From contig CAVWLP010000002.1 in the NCBI GenBank assembly GCA_963755915.1, positions 1,216,001 through 1,280,000 of the forward strand: DNA of 64,000 nucleotides, read 5' to 3'. The position numbers and the translations under genes were made by a program. The stretch is from an uncultured Phycisphaerales bacterium. GTDB lineage: Bacteria; Planctomycetota; Phycisphaerae; Tepidisphaerales; Tepidisphaeraceae. Below, piece after piece: positions 41,779 to 52,309 of this stretch (position 1 is its first letter; the number at the start of each line of letters is the position of its first letter). Under the pieces are notes generated by a model that saw only the letters and a program-made list of their open reading frames with translations, had not been told where the DNA came from and ran no database searches.

Positions 41779-42600
41779 TTAAGTGTTGTCAACGGGTTTT
41801 CCCTGGCGATCGACCTGGATGTAGCTGCGGTTGTCGGGGGAGAAGGCGGTGAGGCGGCCGACGGGGCTGAGGGCGGCGGCGGTGTCTAAGAGGACCATTT
41901 TTTCGCCGATGATGGGGACGAGCTTTCCACCGCCCTGGGGGTTGAAGCCGCCGCGGACGCCGTAGAAGTCGACGGGAGTGTGTCCGAAGAAGCCGGTGCG
42001 ACGCCAGGTTTTGGGCTGATCTACTTCTTCGATGGTGAAGCGTCCCCAGGTGGCGGTTTTGCGGAGGTTGGTGTCGACGTCGAGATAGGTTGTGGGGCTG
42101 GGGTCTTCATCGGGGGTGGCGGGGTCCCAGCGGGCGTGGACAATGAAGATATCTTTTTCTTCGATGACGGGAAGAAGGTTGCGGATGAAGCTGCGGTGCG
42201 ATTGCGGGATGCCGGAGATGAGATCGTCGAGGCCGGCGGTGGTGGGGTGCGTGAGCATTCCCCGCATCGTGGAATCTCTGGCGCCGTAGCTGGCGAGGGT
42301 TTCGCGGAGGCCGTGCTCCATGAACCATTTGAAAGCGCCAGCGCGGTTGTTGTTGGTGAGCTGCTCGACGTAGCTTTGGCCGTTGATGAGGACGTCGAAG
42401 ATGTCGTCGTGATTGCCGCGTCCGAAGCGGGCGTTGGGGAGCTTGAGCAAGAGATCGATGACACCGCGGGAATCTGGGCCGCGGTTGACGTAGTCGCCGA
42501 CGAAGATCCAGGAGGGAGAGGGATCGCGTTTGGAGACGGCGTCGAGCAGTCCCTTAAGGGGGAGCGACATTCCGTGAATATCGCCGACGATCCAGCGCAT
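41779..42600 (-). CDS. Calcineurin-like metallophosphoesterase
   Basis: GDIHG, GDYVNRGP, GNHD, VHA, FGHTP, LDTAA. Confidence 0.9.
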   Translation of the reverse strand: MRWIVGDIHGMSLPLKGLLDAVSKRDPSPSWIFVGDYVNRGPDSRGVIDLLLKLPNARFGRGNHDDIFDVLINGQSYVEQLTNNNRAGAFKWFMEHGLRETLASYGARDSTMRGMLTHPTTAGLDDLISGIPQSHRSFIRNLLPVIEEKDIFIVHARWDPATPDEDPSPTTYLDVDTNLRKTATWGRFTIEEVDQPKTWRRTGFFGHTPVDFYGVRGGFNPQGGGKLVPIIGEKMVLLDTAAALSPVGRLTAFSPDNRSYIQVDRQGKPVDNT

Positions 42601-42757
42601 GCCGATAACTTACCTCTCTTGAGGCGGGTGGGACAGGGCCATTATCGGTCTGTCCAGTTATTCGGAGTGGATGACCGAAGAGAGGCTACAGTCGCCGGTA
42701 TTTGAAACGGAGTTTCTCATGCGACGAGAAAGGTTTGAAGTGGGAAAGGTAAGAGCG

Positions 42758-43541
42758 ATGATAACGGCAAGGAAAGTAGCCTTTGGGGCGGTGGCGCTTG
42801 GGGCGGTGGCGGTTGCGCACGGGACGTCGGTTCCGATTTCGTACGCACTTCAGAATAGATCGGTGTCGGCGAGTGCGGTGGTATCGGGGCGCGCGCGGAG
42901 GGACGGGGACGGTTGCGCATACGATCCAGGAGAATCAGTCGCAGCAGGCGGGGGGATTGGGGGATTTTCTGGGGAATGCGTCGGCGTCGGCGAGTTTGGG
43001 GGCGGAGAGCGCGAATTCTTCGGCGTCGGCGCTGCAGAATTCGGCGCTGGGAGGGACGGGGTTTGCGGACAGCGGGTTCGTGCAGAGTAGCTCGATATTG
43101 GGGACGGGGATTTCGGACAGTGGATCGAGCACGTCGGTGTTTGAGGTGACGTTCAAGGTTTCGGAGGCGGAAGGGTATACGTTAACGGCGAACCTGAGCG
43201 GGGAAGGGTCGGCGATGGGGCATATCAGCCTGACCAATGGCGAGGGGGCGAATGTGTTTACGCCGATCGCGACGGATAACCTCGATGGGTTCAAGGTGCA
43301 GGGCGTTCTGGGGGCTGGGACGTATTCGATGGTGGTGGATGCGAATGCGCTGACGATCGGGGATGAAAGCGGGAAGCTGAATTTCAGCGCGGCGCTGGCG
43401 GATGGAGCGGTGGCGTCGCCGAGCGTGGCGCCGGTTTCGCAGGCGGTTCCGGCGCCACCGGCGTGGATGAACTCCAGCGTGATGCTGGGGGTGCTGGGAT
43501 TGGTGGCGGTGGGGCGGAGGAGACTGGTGAGGGTGAGATAG
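42758..43541 (+). CDS. Secreted protein with PEP-CTERM-like (VPAP) C-terminus (frameshift near 42890)
   Basis: Signal peptide MITARKVAFGAVALG...; C-terminus VPAPP + hydrophobic helix + RRR. Confidence 0.72.
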
Positions 43542-43575
43542 GGGGTTACATGGTCGAATGGGGCATCTATTATGT

Positions 43576-43609
43576 AGCCTCCGGGATTTTTTCTCCGGGG
43601 GCTTTTTTT
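43576..43609 (+). terminator. Probable intrinsic terminator
   Basis: agcctccgg...ccgggggct hairpin followed by a T-run, downstream of the gene ending at 43541. Confidence 0.65.
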
Positions 43610-43668
43610 ATGGGTGGTTTTTCCGCAAATGAGGGTTATTTGGAGCTTCAAGAGAATAAAGAGTATTT

Positions 43669-43782
43669 TCGGTTACGGTTTTGGTGACGAGAAGAATCGC
43701 TGGCTCGTATATCACACGCGGTTCCGCTGCGATAACACTTGGCTGCCTTGGTAACGTTCGGTACGGCCTTGAGGTGTTGGGC
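43669..43782 (+). repeat. 114-bp dispersed non-coding module, copy A
   Basis: Colinear with 50994-51107 (14 mismatches, no indels, by manual alignment). Confidence 0.92.
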
Positions 43783-43832
43783 AAGAAGGGGGGGGCGTTT
43801 GTTTCGGGGGGAAAAAGGGGTAGCCTTTGGGG

Positions 43833-44390
43833 ATGGAAGTTCCGGGAAGACCGTCGAAGGGGTTGCAGGCGGTGATGCGGTTTGCTTTGGTGGAAGGGGG
43901 TTATATCGTCGCGCCTAATTGCACGATTGTGGGGGATGTGAAGATTGGGGGTGAGAGTAGTGTTTGGTTTGGGGCGGTGATTCGAGGGGATGTGGCGCCG
44001 GTGATCATCGGGCGGCAGGTGAATGTGCAGGATAATGCAGTCATTCACTGCGATTCGGGGGTGGAGAATGAGATCGGGGATCAGGTGACGATCGGGCATG
44101 GGGCGATTGTGCATGGGAAGTATGTGGGGGAGGGGTCGCTGATTGGGATGGGGGCGACAGTGCTGAGCCGGACGGTGATTGGGAGGGAGTGTTTAATCGC
44201 GGCGGGGGCGGTGGTGCCGCCGGATTTGGTGGTGCCGGACCGGATGGTGGTGATGGGGGTGCCGGGGAAGGTTGTTAGGGCGATTAAGGCGGAGGAGTTG
44301 GAGTATATGCGGTGGTTGACGGGGCATTATCTGGAGTTGGCGCGGGGGTATGTGGAGGGGAAGTTTGGGGTGGGGGGGAAGACGAGTTGA
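43833..44390 (+). CDS. Gamma carbonic anhydrase family protein
   Basis: IVGDVKIG..SSVWFGAVIRGD, NVQDNAVIH, TIGHGAIVHG, IGMGATVL hexapeptide repeats. Confidence 0.92.
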   Translation: MEVPGRPSKGLQAVMRFALVEGGYIVAPNCTIVGDVKIGGESSVWFGAVIRGDVAPVIIGRQVNVQDNAVIHCDSGVENEIGDQVTIGHGAIVHGKYVGEGSLIGMGATVLSRTVIGRECLIAAGAVVPPDLVVPDRMVVMGVPGKVVRAIKAEELEYMRWLTGHYLELARGYVEGKFGVGGKTS

Positions 44391-44461
44391 ATGGCGCGCA
44401 ACATGAGCGTGGGACGCGCTCCCCTGCGGGTCGCGGCTAAACGGGAAATCCGATTTCAGAT

Positions 44462-44695
44462 TTAGAGCATTAGGCTGACGCGGGTGATCTGGAAGCCTGC
44501 CTGGCGCAGGGCGTCGACGGTGGATTGGACGGTTTGGGTGAGCTTGTCGAGGCTGATGTCGCCGGGGACGTCGTCGATGTTGATCTGGGTGGAACCGGAG
44601 CCGGTGAGGGGGCTGCTGCCGGGGACCTGGAAGGTCTGGGTGAACTGGACGAGGAAAGTGACTTTACGCTTTTTGTTAGAAGCTTCGGTGGCCAT
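44462..44695 (-). CDS. Small hypothetical protein
   Basis: Host-like codon usage; TATACT 6 nt upstream of the ATG. Confidence 0.6.
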   Translation of the reverse strand: MATEASNKKRKVTFLVQFTQTFQVPGSSPLTGSGSTQINIDDVPGDISLDKLTQTVQSTVDALRQAGFQITRVSLML

Positions 44696-44811
44696 GGGGG
44701 GAGTATAGCGATAAGGGGCGTTTGGGGGAAAAAATGTGGGGGAAATGAACGGGGGGAGAGAATGCCGATTGCCAAATGCCGAACTGGAAGACTGGGATTC
44801 GGTATTCGTTC

Positions 44812-45204
44812 TCAGGGGGTTTGGGGGGTGGTGTATTGTTTTAGGGATTCCATCAAATGGGGGACGTTGACGGGTTTGCTCATGAAGATGGTTGCGCCGG
44901 CGTCGGGGAGGGAGCGGAGGGTGTCGATGGAGCTGTCGCCGGAGAAGATGATGATGGGGAGGCTATTGCCGTGGATTTTGCGGAGTTGGCGGGAGAGTTC
45001 GAGGCCGGAGATGTCGGGGAGGTGGATGTCGAGGAGGGCGATGTCGGGGCAATGGTCACGGATGTAATCAAGTGCTGGCCGGCCGGCCTGGAAGGTTTTT
45101 GGCTCGAAACCCTCGGTTCGAAGCAAAGACATTAGAGAGCGGGTGACGACCTGGTTGTCGTCGACGACAAGGACGGTGCGGGTGGCTTGCTGCGGGGTGG
45201 ACAT
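44812..45204 (-). CDS. Single-domain response regulator
   Basis: VLVVDDN, ALLDIHLPDISG, PIIIFSG, FMSKP. Confidence 0.9.
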   Translation of the reverse strand: MSTPQQATRTVLVVDDNQVVTRSLMSLLRTEGFEPKTFQAGRPALDYIRDHCPDIALLDIHLPDISGLELSRQLRKIHGNSLPIIIFSGDSSIDTLRSLPDAGATIFMSKPVNVPHLMESLKQYTTPQTP

Positions 45205-45527
45205 GGAATTGACTATATGGGGGGAATTCCTATGGGAGAACTGCAATAATTTTTTAAGGTAGGGCGAAAAATTTATTGCAAATTTGCCCGGAACTGTTAA
45301 CCTTAAAGACGTCTTAATTTGTGACCACGTCGCAATCGGTTGGAATAATTGCATGTCGGCCCGAGAAGTATGGTTGGGCAGTACAAAAAGGTCACTTCGT
45401 ATGCGCTGGCGTCTTGCCAATTGGGGCAGGAGCTATCGCAATTTCATTTCTTTGGTTGTCGGCGGGATTTTGGGCTCACATCAAACCGCCCGTTGAATCT
45501 TGCCGTTTTTTCTGTGGGAGAACGGTT

Positions 45528-45755
45528 ATGGCCACAGGAACCGTCAAATGGTTTGATTCGAAAAAGGGTTTCGGATTCATTCTGAATCCCGAAGGAATGG
45601 ACGTTTTCGTTCATTTCAGCAGTATCCACGGAGATGGATTCCGTTCGTTGAAGGACGGGGAGAAGGTCGAGTACGACCAGGTCTCCGGCGCCAAGGGACT
45701 GAGTGCACAGGCGGTGAAGCGGATAGCCGAACGGGCCAAGGTAGTTAGAGTTTAG
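45528..45755 (+). CDS. Cold-shock domain protein
   Basis: MATGTVKWFDSKKGFGFI, DVFVHFSSI, GFRSLKDGEKVEY. Confidence 0.95.
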   Translation: MATGTVKWFDSKKGFGFILNPEGMDVFVHFSSIHGDGFRSLKDGEKVEYDQVSGAKGLSAQAVKRIAERAKVVRV

Positions 45756-45785
45756 CGTCGGCGAGGTTAAATTAGCCTCCCGCCC

Positions 45786-46640
45786 ATGAACCACTTTTTG
45801 CCAGGACTGCTGATCGGTTTGCTCGGCAGTCTGCTGGTGTGCGGGGGAATTGCCGTCGTGATTGGGCGGCGAGTTGGGGCGGCGCTGGGCGCGGCCGGCG
45901 AACTCTGCGGCGCATCCGGGCGGCTTCGAATCGGCGCATCGCGCGGCTGAGGTCGCGCATCGCGAACGTGGAGCGACTGGCAGAGGTTGGTACGTTTACG
46001 GGGGGCTGGCGCATGAGATCAAGAATCCCCTGTCTACGGTATTGCTGAATCTGCAACTGCTTCAGGAAGATTTGGATCCGAATGATCCGGCGCACAGCCG
46101 GCTGATCGCACGGCTGGGGACGGTGACGCGGGAGGCGTCGCGGCTGCGGGAAATCCTGGACGATTTTTTGCGGTTTGCGGGGAAGATCGAGCTTCGGCGG
46201 CAGCGGGTGGATTTGAATGTGCTGCTGGAGGAGCTGACGGATTTTTATGTGCCGCAGGCGCAGCTCAATCGGGTGCAATTGAGGTTTAAGCCGAATCCGG
46301 GGCCGCTGATGGCGGAGGTGGATCCGCGGCTGATCAAACAGACGATATTGAACCTGATGATCAATGCGATGCAGGCGATGCCGGCGGGAGGGGAATTGAT
46401 TCTATCGGCGGCCAGCAGCGGGGGGGATGCGGTGATCGATGTGATCGATACGGGGATGGGGATTCCGGCGGAGGATCTGGACAAGATTTTTCGGGCGTAT
46501 TACTCGACGAAAAAGGGGGGACGGGGCTGGGGCTGGCGATGGCGCAGCGGATTGTAAGTGAGCATGGGGGGAAGATTGAGGTTACCACCGAGGCGGGGAA
46601 GGGGACGGATTTTAGGATCAGGCTGCCATTGAATGGGTAG
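45786..46640 (+). CDS. Sensor histidine kinase (frameshifted)
   Basis: GLAHEIKNPL (H box), NLMINAMQAM, DTGMGI, STKKGG(T)GLGL. Confidence 0.88.
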
Positions 46641-46647
46641 GCACGGC

Positions 46648-47064
46648 TTAAATCAGGGCGCCGGGGTTTATGCGAAAATGGTCGGCGAGGGTGCGGATAT
46701 GTTCTTTGCTGAGCTGGCGCTGGCCGCTGAGGATGCGTGAGCCGAGGCTTCGGTCTCCGAGCAGGCGACCGAGGTCTGAAGCGTTCATGTGATGCTCTGC
46801 CATGAGGGACTGAATCAGCCCTAATGGTTTCATCTTTATGTTGCTGATGGAGTGGTGTTCTGCTTCGTATTTTTCAACGAAGGTGGCGATTGCGTCGAAG
46901 TAGTCATCCTGGTCAGAATTCAATTTGAAACCGGCCATGGAATCCAGGACTTCGATGGCGTTGTGATAGTCTACTTCGTCGTGGAGCGGGCGAGGCATGA
47001 AGTTCTCGACAAGCTTTGCATAGGTTCGAGGGATTGGATTTCGATTAGTCGTTTTGCTTTTCAT
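46648..47064 (-). CDS. higA: HigA-type antitoxin (HTH)
   Basis: PRPLHDEVDY, FVEKYEAEH, PLGLIQSLMAEH, SRILSGQRQLSKEHIRTLADHF; ATGA overlap with the toxin. Confidence 0.85.
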   Translation of the reverse strand: MKSKTTNRNPIPRTYAKLVENFMPRPLHDEVDYHNAIEVLDSMAGFKLNSDQDDYFDAIATFVEKYEAEHHSISNIKMKPLGLIQSLMAEHHMNASDLGRLLGDRSLGSRILSGQRQLSKEHIRTLADHFRINPGALI

Positions 47065-47369
47065 AGCTGTTTTTTCCAGTCGTTCCGATCGTAGTCTTTG
47101 TGGGTGAGAAGCCTCAGTGTAAATACAATCTGGGTATTGAAATGCACGGCCGCGATAAGACGGTAACGATTGTGAGCAATGTTGAAGATTACCACCTGGC
47201 GCCCGCTGGAGACGGTCGCAAGGTCGGCGCTGGGTATCGTCTTGCGTATATCGGCGAAGTTCCTCCAATCAGCGGCTTTTATCTGTCCGATCCAGTTTCG
47301 CAGCGAGGCTTCGGTTTCGGGATGCGACTGCCAGAACGCACGCAAGGTGCTGATCTTAATGATTCGCAT
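47061..47369 (-). CDS. higB: HigB-type toxin (RelE superfamily)
   Basis: MRIIKISTLRAFWQSHP, W.NFADIRKTIPSAD, VIFNIAHNRYRLI, LTHKDYD. Confidence 0.9.
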   Translation of the reverse strand: MRIIKISTLRAFWQSHPETEASLRNWIGQIKAADWRNFADIRKTIPSADLATVSSGRQVVIFNIAHNRYRLIAAVHFNTQIVFTLRLLTHKDYDRNDWKKQL

Positions 47370-47380
47370 CTGATCGATTT

Positions 47381-47408
47381 AGTGTATGGCTTGATGACAA
47401 AATGTCAA
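47381..47408 (-). promoter_or_regulatory. higBA promoter with overlapping palindromic operator
   Basis: TTGACA-16nt-TACACT, 11 nt before the ATG; TGACAaaaTGTCA palindrome (47395-47407) covers the -35. Confidence 0.7.
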
Positions 47409-47513
47409 CATATCCCGGGCACCACCGGAATATCGGCTGTTTCCTGCCAAAAAATTCCATACGGCGAAGCGGTTCTTTGCGGGCTGCCCTGGCTGTAATA
47501 TGTCGGCCACAAT

Positions 47514-48887
47514 ATGTCCGAGACCGACACCCCAAAATCCGACATTCTCGTGATCGATGACGAGAAGGACCATGCGCAGGTGATGTGCGAGGCGCTTACG
47601 CGGCAGGGGCATCGGTGTGATGTTTCTTACAACCTGGCGGAGGGGGAGGCGCGGTTGAAGCAGAAAACGTATGACGTGATCGTGACGGATTTGATGATGG
47701 AGGGGAAGCGGGAGGGGTTGGAGGTTTTGAAGAAGGCGAAGACGCTGACGCCGCAGCCGCAGGTGATTCTGGTTTCGGCGCATGGGGATATTCCGATCGC
47801 GGTGCAGGCGATGAATGATGGGGCGTATGGGTTTATCGAGAAGCCGCTGGATCTGAATCATTTCCGGGCGCAGGTGAACCGTGCGGCGGAGAGGGCGGCG
47901 CTGCAGAAGCAGAACCAGGTTTTGCAGGCGGAATTGCTGGAGCAGAGCGGGTTTGAAGGGATCATCGGGAAGAGCGGGGCGATGCAGAAGATTCTGACGA
48001 CGGCGCGGCAGGTGGCGTCGAGCGATATTCCGGTGCTGATCATGGGGGAAAGCGGGACGGGGAAGGAATTGATCGCGCGGGCGATTCATTACAACAGCCG
48101 GCGGAGGAAGAGCCGGCTGGTGACGCTGAACTGCGCGGGGCTTAGCGAGAGTATTTTGGAGGACGAGCTGTTTGGGCACGTGCGCGGTGCGTTTACGGGT
48201 GCGCAGAGCGATCGGGAAGGGCGATTTGAACATGCGGACAGGGGGACGCTGTTCATGGATGAGATCGGGGACATGCCGGCCGTCATGCAGGCGAAATTGC
48301 TGCGGGTGCTCGAGAACGGGGAGGTGGTTCGGCTGGGGAGCAATGAGCCTTTGAAGGTGGACGTGCGGCTGATCAGCGCGACGAACCGGAAGCTGGATGA
48401 GATGGTGGCGGAGAAGCAGTTTCGGGAGGACCTGTTTTTCCGGATCAAGGGGGTGACGTTTACGCTGCCACCGCTGAGGGAGAGGCGGGAGGACATTCCG
48501 CTGCTGATGCATTATTTTTTGAATGAATTCGGTGAGAAATATCACAAGGAGGTGGAGGGGATATCACCGGCGGCGCAGCAGCTTTTGATGAGCTATAGCT
48601 GGCCCGGGAATGTGCGGCAACTGCGGACGGCAGTTGAGAATATGGTGGTTTTGAGCCCCGGCAAGATTCTGGGTCCGGAGTCGCTGCCGGTGGAGATTCA
48701 ACCGGCGACGGGGGCGGAGCAGATCGCGGGGATGACCAACTTAGTGGGCATTAGTATAGAAGAGGCGGAGAAGGAATTAATCCGAAATACATTGAAGATG
48801 GTCGATGGTAATCGGGAGCAGGCGGCGCGGATATTGCGGATCGGGGAGCGGACGCTGTATCGCAAAATCAGGGAATATGGTTTGTGA
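47514..48887 (+). CDS. Sigma-54-dependent response regulator (NtrC/AtoC family)
   Basis: Receiver domain, GESGTGKE, GAFTGA, LFMDEIGDM, FREDLFFR, WPGNVRQL, Fis-type HTH. Confidence 0.95.
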   Translation: MSETDTPKSDILVIDDEKDHAQVMCEALTRQGHRCDVSYNLAEGEARLKQKTYDVIVTDLMMEGKREGLEVLKKAKTLTPQPQVILVSAHGDIPIAVQAMNDGAYGFIEKPLDLNHFRAQVNRAAERAALQKQNQVLQAELLEQSGFEGIIGKSGAMQKILTTARQVASSDIPVLIMGESGTGKELIARAIHYNSRRRKSRLVTLNCAGLSESILEDELFGHVRGAFTGAQSDREGRFEHADRGTLFMDEIGDMPAVMQAKLLRVLENGEVVRLGSNEPLKVDVRLISATNRKLDEMVAEKQFREDLFFRIKGVTFTLPPLRERREDIPLLMHYFLNEFGEKYHKEVEGISPAAQQLLMSYSWPGNVRQLRTAVENMVVLSPGKILGPESLPVEIQPATGAEQIAGMTNLVGISIEEAEKELIRNTLKMVDGNREQAARILRIGERTLYRKIREYGL

Positions 48888-49381
48888 ATAAATTTTCACC
48901 GGATGATTTGCGGATCGGACATGGATACGATATCCACCGCCTGCGGGAGGGCGGGAAATTGCTATTGGCCGGCGTGGAAGTCGCCGGCGACATGTCGCCC
49001 ATCGCCCATTCGGACGGCGATGTCGTATTGCATGCGGTGGTGGATGCGTTGCTGGGCGCGATCGGCGCGGGCGACATCGGCGAGATGTTTCCCAATTCGG
49101 ACCCGCGCTGGAAGGGCGCATCGAGCCGGGTGTTTGTAGAAGCGGCGATGAAAGAGGTTGCTGCGAAAGGATTTGCATTGGCGAACGTGGACATAACGAT
49201 TCTGGCGGAGAGGCCGAAGTTGAAGGGATTCAAGGCGAAGATGGCCGCGTCGCTGGGTGAGATGGTGAATTGCGCGGTGAGCATCAAGGCGGGGACGAAC
49301 GAGAATTGTGATGCGATCGGTCGTGGCGAGGCGATTGCGGCACATGCGGTGGCGCTGCTGGTCCGGAAAGGTTCGCTATGA
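48884..49381 (+). CDS. ispF: 2-C-methyl-D-erythritol 2,4-cyclodiphosphate synthase
   Basis: RIGHGYDIHRL, HSDGDVVLHA..DALLGA..GDIG..FP, IKAGTNE, GRGEAIAA. Confidence 0.95.
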   Translation: MNKFSPDDLRIGHGYDIHRLREGGKLLLAGVEVAGDMSPIAHSDGDVVLHAVVDALLGAIGAGDIGEMFPNSDPRWKGASSRVFVEAAMKEVAAKGFALANVDITILAERPKLKGFKAKMAASLGEMVNCAVSIKAGTNENCDAIGRGEAIAAHAVALLVRKGSL

Positions 49382-50885
49382 GCCTACGCGTTTACGATAC
49401 GCTGTCGCGAGAGAAGCAGTTGTTTGTGCCGGTTCGGCCTGGGAAGGTGGGGATGTACCTGTGCGGTCCGACGGTTTACAAGCCGCCGCACATCGGGCAC
49501 ATGGTGGGGCCGGTGATTTTTGACGCGATCAAGCGCTACCTGAAATTCAAGGGGTTCGACGTTTTGTGGGTGGTGAACATCACCGATGTGGACGACAAGC
49601 TGATCGAGGCGGCGGCGAAGCAGGGGACGACGGTGCAGGAACTGGCGACGAAATACACCGGGGAATACATGGATTGCCTGGTGCGGTTTGGGATTGAATC
49701 GGTGGATAAATTTCCGAAGGCGTCGGAGCACATGGGGGAGATCATCGCGATGTGCGAGAAGCTGGTCGAGCTGGGATTCGCGTATGCGGCGGCGGGGAAT
49801 CTTTGGTTTGACGTGACGAAAGACGCGGATTACGGGAAGCTGTCGAACCGGAAGGTGGAAGAACAGGAGAGCGGGACGCGGGCGCTGGAAGGGCAGGGGA
49901 AGCGGAACCCAGCGGACTTTGCGCTGTGGAAATCGGCGAAGCCGGGCGAGCCGGCGTGGGATTCGCCTTGGGGGAAGGGGAGGCCGGGCTGGCATATCGA
50001 GTGCTCGGCGATGAGCAGCAAATATCTTGGGGAGACGTTTGATCTTCATGGCGGCGGGATGGACCTGATGTTTCCGCACCATGAGAACGAATTGGCGCAA
50101 TCGGAGTCGGCGTCGGGGAAGCAGTTCGTGAAATACTGGCTGCACAACGGGCTGACGCGGATCAAAACGAAAGCCGCGGGCGGGGAATGGTCGACCGAGA
50201 AGATGAGCGGGAGCATCGGGAACGTGATCTCGGCGCGGGAGCTGCTGGATACGTGGGGTGCGGAATTGCTGCGGTATATGCTGCTGTCGACGCACTATCG
50301 GCGGCCGATCGAATTCACGGAGGACGTGCTGACGAATTCGAAGAAGGGGCTGGGGGTGTTCAGCCGGCTGAATGAGCGGCTGGAAAGACTGACGGGCAAG
50401 GGGCTGACGGACAGTTCGCCGGACATGGATTCGCTGGCGAATCGGCTGCTGGAGTCGGAGGTGGGGAATTTCGTGAGGCAGGTGATCGGGGACAAGATGC
50501 GGTTCCTGGAGATGATGGACGACGATTTCAACACGGCGGGGGCGATCGCGGTGCTGCATGAGATGGCGGGATCGATCAACGCGTTTCTGGAGCAGAACCG
50601 GACGGAGACGGAGCGGCAGCCGGACGTGATGCAGGCGGCGGCGGCGGGGCGCAGACGCTGAGGAAGCTGGGGCTGATTCTGGGGCTATTTCGTGCGGAGG
50701 TTGCGGGTGTGCGTGGCAAGGAGCCGGGGACGGTGGATCAGCTTATGGAGCTGCTGATTCAGTTGCGGAATGAGGCACGGAAGAACAAGCAGTTTGCGAT
50801 CGCGGATGCGGTGAGGGATGGGTTGAAGAAGATCGGGATTACGCTGGAGGATCGGCCGGATGGGACGGGGTGGAGGAAAGAGTAG
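49378..50885 (+). CDS. cysS: Cysteine--tRNA ligase (frameshift near 50645)
   Basis: [52 protein letters not shown]; the tail [18 protein letters not shown] is in the shifted frame. Confidence 0.96.
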
Positions 50886-50993
50886 TCGGTTCATTCACTG
50901 GCGGGGCGTTGTTGGTCACGTTGTCCGTTTTAGCTCCACGTTTATCCGTTGGACCCCGTATGGCTTTCAGCGAAAAAAGCAGAAGAATTTTTA

Positions 50994-51107
50994 TCGGTTA
51001 CGGTTTTGGTGACGAGAAGATTCGGGGGCTCGAATATAAAACGCGGTTCCGCTGCGAGGACACATGGCTGGCCTGGTGACGTTCGGTGCGGCCTTGGGGT
51101 GTTGGGC
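50994..51107 (+). repeat. 114-bp dispersed non-coding module, copy B
   Basis: About 88 percent identical to 43669-43782. Confidence 0.92.
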
Positions 51108-51263
51108 GGAAAGCGCCGTGCGGTTCGATGCAGCTCACCGAAATCAAGCACGGCGGCTACACGGGGTGGTCGATGGCGATTCAGTTTTGGACGTTTGTTT
51201 TGCGGTAATTAAATTCCTTGTCGACGGCGGTTGGGATTATGTCGAGCAGGGTAAAATGGGGTT

Positions 51264-52309
51264 GTGATACAGGCGCAAGGCATTCATGGCCGCGGGGCGG
51301 GGGAGAATCCGCGAAATCGTTTTTTGCCGCTGGAGGTTTTGCGGGATGAGGAGTTGGGTGGGGAAGAGGGGCCGGGGGTTGCGACTTCGTTTTTTAACGA
51401 TACCACGCGGAAAATTATCGCGACGAATGACAGCCCGGATGTGGGGTTTGAGGCGAGCGTTAATCCTTACCGGGGGTGCGAACATGGGTGCGTTTATTGT
51501 TTTGCGCGGCCGGGGCATGAATACCTGGGTTTGTCGGCGGGGCTGGATTTTGAGACGAAGATCATGGTGAAGCCGGAGGCGGCGCGGCTTTGTGCGCGGA
51601 GCTTTGCAGCGAGCGGTGGAAGCCGAAGGTGGTTCAGCTTTCGGGGGTGACGGATTGCTATCAGCCGGTGGAGCGGCGATTGAAGATCACGCGGGCGTGC
51701 CTGGAGGTGCTGGCGGAGTTTCGCAATCCGGTGACGATCGTGACGAAGAATCATTTGGTGACGCGAGATATCGATCTGCTGGGGGAATTGGCGCGGCACC
51801 ATTGCACGGCGGTGATGGTTTCGATAACGACGCTGGATAAGTCGCTGACGATGAAGATGGAGCCGCGGACGAGCGTGCCGGCGCGGCGGCTGGATGCGAT
51901 TCGGGAGCTATCGGCGGCGGGGGTTCCGGTGGGGGTGATGGCGGCGCCGATGATTCCGGGGCTGAACGATCAGGAGTTGCCGGCGATCCTGGAGGCGGCG
52001 GCGCGGGCGGGGGCGAAGTTCGCGGGGTATACGATGGTGCGATTGCCATTTGCGGTGAAGGAGTTGTTCGCGAGCTGGCTGGAGCGGCATTTTCCGGAGA
52101 GGAAAGAGAAGACTTTGAATCGCATTCGGGAGATTCGAGGGGGGAAATTGAATGACGCGAATTTCGGGTCGCGGATGTCGGGGGAGGGGATTTGGGCGGA
52201 GCAGCTCAGGGGGATGTTTGAGATGGGGAAGAAGAGGGCGGGGATGACGGGGACATTTCCGGGGCTTTCGACAGAGGGGTTTCGGAGGGGGCAGATGGAG
52301 CTGTGGTGA
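51264..52309 (+). CDS. PA0069-family radical SAM protein (frameshift near 51595)
   Basis: GRGA..NP.NRF, NPYRGCEHGCVYCFARP, SGVTDCYQPVE, MEPRTS. Confidence 0.9.
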
